DNA of 64,000 nt from an uncultured Planctomycetia bacterium (lineage in GTDB: Bacteria; Omnitrophota; Gorgyraeia; 1-14-0-20-64-10), in NCBI GenBank assembly GCA_964597545.1, contig CAZQXN010000008.1:733-64732 (forward strand), written 5' to 3'. The notes beneath the pieces were generated by a model, which ran no database searches, was not told the origin of the DNA, and worked only from the letters and a program-made list of their open reading frames with translations. A program made the translations under genes and the position numbers. Shown in pieces: positions 61,709 to 64,000 of the stretch (the stretch's first letter is position 1; the number at the start of each line of letters is the position of its first letter).

Positions 61709-63081
61709 AAAGAGCCAAGCCTCAAGAGATAAAATCCGCCATCCAAAGCGTTATCAAGATGTTGATGGATGGAGTTATGGATAAGGTGCTGAACAAAGAT
61801 CCCTTTATTGAAGAGGAGCACCACGCGAAGAAACCGCTCTACGCAGCTCTGGTGCCTGATGAGGTTTTTAAGGGGTCGCATTTTGAAAGAAGGTTCGTAA
61901 CTCCATTTGGACGCGCTTGGGAGGCTCTGGCAATCGTAGTGGCAGAAAAGGCGCTGGGTATTGGGGCTGAGAATCATAGCATCGAGGGCACAGTCAAGTC
62001 AGAACGCTTGAGGCGGATCAGCCAGGTGCTTAACCGGTTAGAACACCCAGAAAGAGGCAGGGAAAGATTCCGGCCTCATTGGACAGAGGAACTCAAATTT
62101 GTTTTAGCGGGTGGCGGCAAGAACATACCTGTAAAGGTCATTTGTGATGTTTATGCTGAGGATAGGACGAACAACAAGAAGTATGCTTTTGAGCTAAAAG
62201 CTCCTCTCCCCAACAGCGACCAGACGAAAGTGAGCAAGGAGAAAATCCTCAAGCTCTATTGCATGGAGCCCAAACAAGTGGATGGAGCGTACTATGCGCT
62301 TCCCTATAACCCATACGGAAAGAAAGAGAACTACAGTTGGAGTTTTCCTGCTCGTTGGTTTGATATGCAGCGCGATGAGGTTGTTCTTATAGGAAACGAG
62401 TTTTGGGACAAAATTGGCGGACCTGGTACATACCAGTCATTTATAGATGCCATCAATGAGATAGGGCCTGAGTATAAGGAGAGAATTTACCGAGAATTCC
62501 TGGGTATTGAGCCACCAGCCGAGAGTGTACAAGCAGGCGTTATTTCATCCGCCGAAGAAATAGGTGCTACAGCCGCTCAAGCGCCGGAACCGGAAATAAA
62601 GATTGTTTCCAGGAAGGAAGCCGAACCTTTCGTGACTCACCTACCTGTTTATTCGCTCGAAGTTGCTGCTGGGGGCTATGGTAGAGCCAAGGAAACTGAA
62701 GAGAGGGGGTGGGTAAGGGTAAATGGCCGGAAGCTGGCCGAGGGTATGTTTGTGGCTCAAGTCATCGGGCATTCAATGGAACCCAAAATTCCCGATAGAA
62801 GTTACTGTCTCTTCAGGTGGCACAAAGGGGGTACAAGGCAAGGACAGATTATCCTAGCTCGGCATAGCGGTTTGGTTGATTCTGAGACTGGAGGTAAATT
62901 TACTGTCAAGAGGTATGAGAGCGAAAAGGTTCATAACTCGGACGACACTTGGCATCATAGCAGGATCGTTCTGAAACCGATTAATCCGTCGTATCGCCCC
63001 ATCGAAGTTACTCCTTCCGAATCCGAGGAAGTGAGCATCATTGCTGAGTTTGTTGGTCTTCTGTATGAAGGGAATGTTTAG
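61705..63081 (+). CDS. TdeIII-like type II restriction endonuclease fused to a C-terminal S24 peptidase domain
   Basis: HFERRFVTPFGRAWE, D...FELKAPLPNSDQ, ALPYNPYG, IGNEFWDKIGG; then PVYSLEVAAG, GHSMEP, FTVKRY. Confidence 0.82.
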   Translation: MKRAKPQEIKSAIQSVIKMLMDGVMDKVLNKDPFIEEEHHAKKPLYAALVPDEVFKGSHFERRFVTPFGRAWEALAIVVAEKALGIGAENHSIEGTVKSERLRRISQVLNRLEHPERGRERFRPHWTEELKFVLAGGGKNIPVKVICDVYAEDRTNNKKYAFELKAPLPNSDQTKVSKEKILKLYCMEPKQVDGAYYALPYNPYGKKENYSWSFPARWFDMQRDEVVLIGNEFWDKIGGPGTYQSFIDAINEIGPEYKERIYREFLGIEPPAESVQAGVISSAEEIGATAAQAPEPEIKIVSRKEAEPFVTHLPVYSLEVAAGGYGRAKETEERGWVRVNGRKLAEGMFVAQVIGHSMEPKIPDRSYCLFRWHKGGTRQGQIILARHSGLVDSETGGKFTVKRYESEKVHNSDDTWHHSRIVLKPINPSYRPIEVTPSESEEVSIIAEFVGLLYEGNV

Positions 63082-63137
63082 CTGATGGATGGTCGACTGA
63101 CTAACGCTAAAGAGGTGTTTGTTTGAGAAGAGCTTTC

Positions 63138-63791
63138 ATGAAGATGACAAGCGAAAAACGCTCGAGAATCGAAAAAATCATCGAGCGATTCGTTAGCAAT
63201 GTCCACAGGCTATCGGAACTTAACGCGGATAAGATCGTCGTTAACCCTTTCCTGGCGGCTGCGTTGGGACTTAGAGAAAAACCGGAGATACTCGACTTCT
63301 TTCTTACGCAAAGGATGCAACGAGGGATCGTAACTTCGTTTGGTACTACGATACAAAAAATTGCGAAGACGCTCGATTCCGAAGCGAAAGAGGAAGATGT
63401 AGACCTCGTGTTCATAAAACGCAGCAAGAAATATTATGTCCAACTCAAAAGTGGCCCCGAGGGATTTACTCGGCCCGCGCTTAGGAAAACAAAAGCGACG
63501 TTTCGTAAGCTGAAGAGGCGTGATCCGTCTTGCGTTACGGTTATAGGTTTCTCATACGGCACCAAAGAACAGCTTTCTCCTATATGGGGACGTGAAGCGT
63601 ACAAGAGTGCCGATAGAGTATTGGTTGGAAAAAAGTTCTGGGATTTCTTTGCGGGCAAAGGATTTTATGATGAGCTAATAAAGGTCTTTCAAATGAGTAG
63701 ACCAGCAACTGGTAGGCGGAGGCAATCCAAGAGATCTACATTCAGGCAAATCCACAGACAGCTATATCGACGTTTACTACCATTGTTCTAA
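63138..63791 (+). CDS. Second type II restriction endonuclease (PmeII/EcoO109I-like)
   Basis: NPFL, RGIVTSFGT.IQK, VDLVF..YYVQLKSGP, YG, GKKFWDF..G..FY. Confidence 0.72.
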   Translation: MKMTSEKRSRIEKIIERFVSNVHRLSELNADKIVVNPFLAAALGLREKPEILDFFLTQRMQRGIVTSFGTTIQKIAKTLDSEAKEEDVDLVFIKRSKKYYVQLKSGPEGFTRPALRKTKATFRKLKRRDPSCVTVIGFSYGTKEQLSPIWGREAYKSADRVLVGKKFWDFFAGKGFYDELIKVFQMSRPATGRRRQSKRSTFRQIHRQLYRRLLPLF

Positions 63792-64000
63792 GGAATGAAG
63801 AAGGCGGTCCGCAATGAGTCGTCTCCGGTTCCACGGGAGCTCTATATGAAACAGGATAATTCGCGCGGCGAAACAGGACACAGCATCCTCCCAGTTCTTA
63901 TTACCTTGTCGGTTTTGAGCATCATCATTGCGCCGTTTTGCATGCTTATCAAATACCAAGATGTGGCCGGCGAAATCGCTTTGCTTTCCAAAAGCATGAT

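Larger units (their letters stand above)
58237..64000. mobile_element. tRNA-Arg-integrated genomic island (recombinase + RM); right end outside the window
   Basis: Starts at the tRNA 3' end; serine recombinase, defence genes, lower GC from about 60310. Confidence 0.8.

Noticed and set aside
63777-63959. 60-aa minus-strand ORF at the window end
   Set aside because: Too short and possibly truncated by the window edge; no recognisable motif.

Overview
64 kb of a GC-rich bacterial chromosome, probably PVC superphylum / Candidatus Omnitrophota-like (inferred from gene content and order, not from a search). Positions 1-58050 are almost entirely + strand housekeeping genes: trpCFBA, manC, M16 peptidase, rpe, pgm, lepAB, pgsA-der-plsY-(pilC-like)-gpsA, hom-thrC-apgM-lysC-cimA, valS, nadC, uvrB, birA, coaX, CIRCE-groES-groEL-groES, guaB3-guaA, dnaE, HU/IHF, hisS-aspS, phoH-ybeY-recO-glyQS-ppdK-sigma70-apt. 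A small accessory islet with an MNT-HEPN pair lies before tRNA-Pro(GGG). After tRNA-Arg(CCT) an integrated island begins, carrying a large serine recombinase and a restriction-modification locus. The most striking signal is a perfect 137-bp inverted repeat (58237-58373 / 59770-59906) that is the recombinase's own 3' coding sequence. Flipping the 1.4-kb core would swap the enzyme's C-terminus between a tail encoded by the tRNA antisense strand and a different 27-aa tail. Also notable: a TdeIII-type endonuclease fused to an S24 autopeptidase domain plus a second endonuclease sharing one methylase; an in-frame TAG and an in-frame REP insertion in valS; several families of palindromic repeats that invade gene ends; a four-way-junction element covering the aspS start; and Lys/Arg-rich tails on unrelated enzymes.
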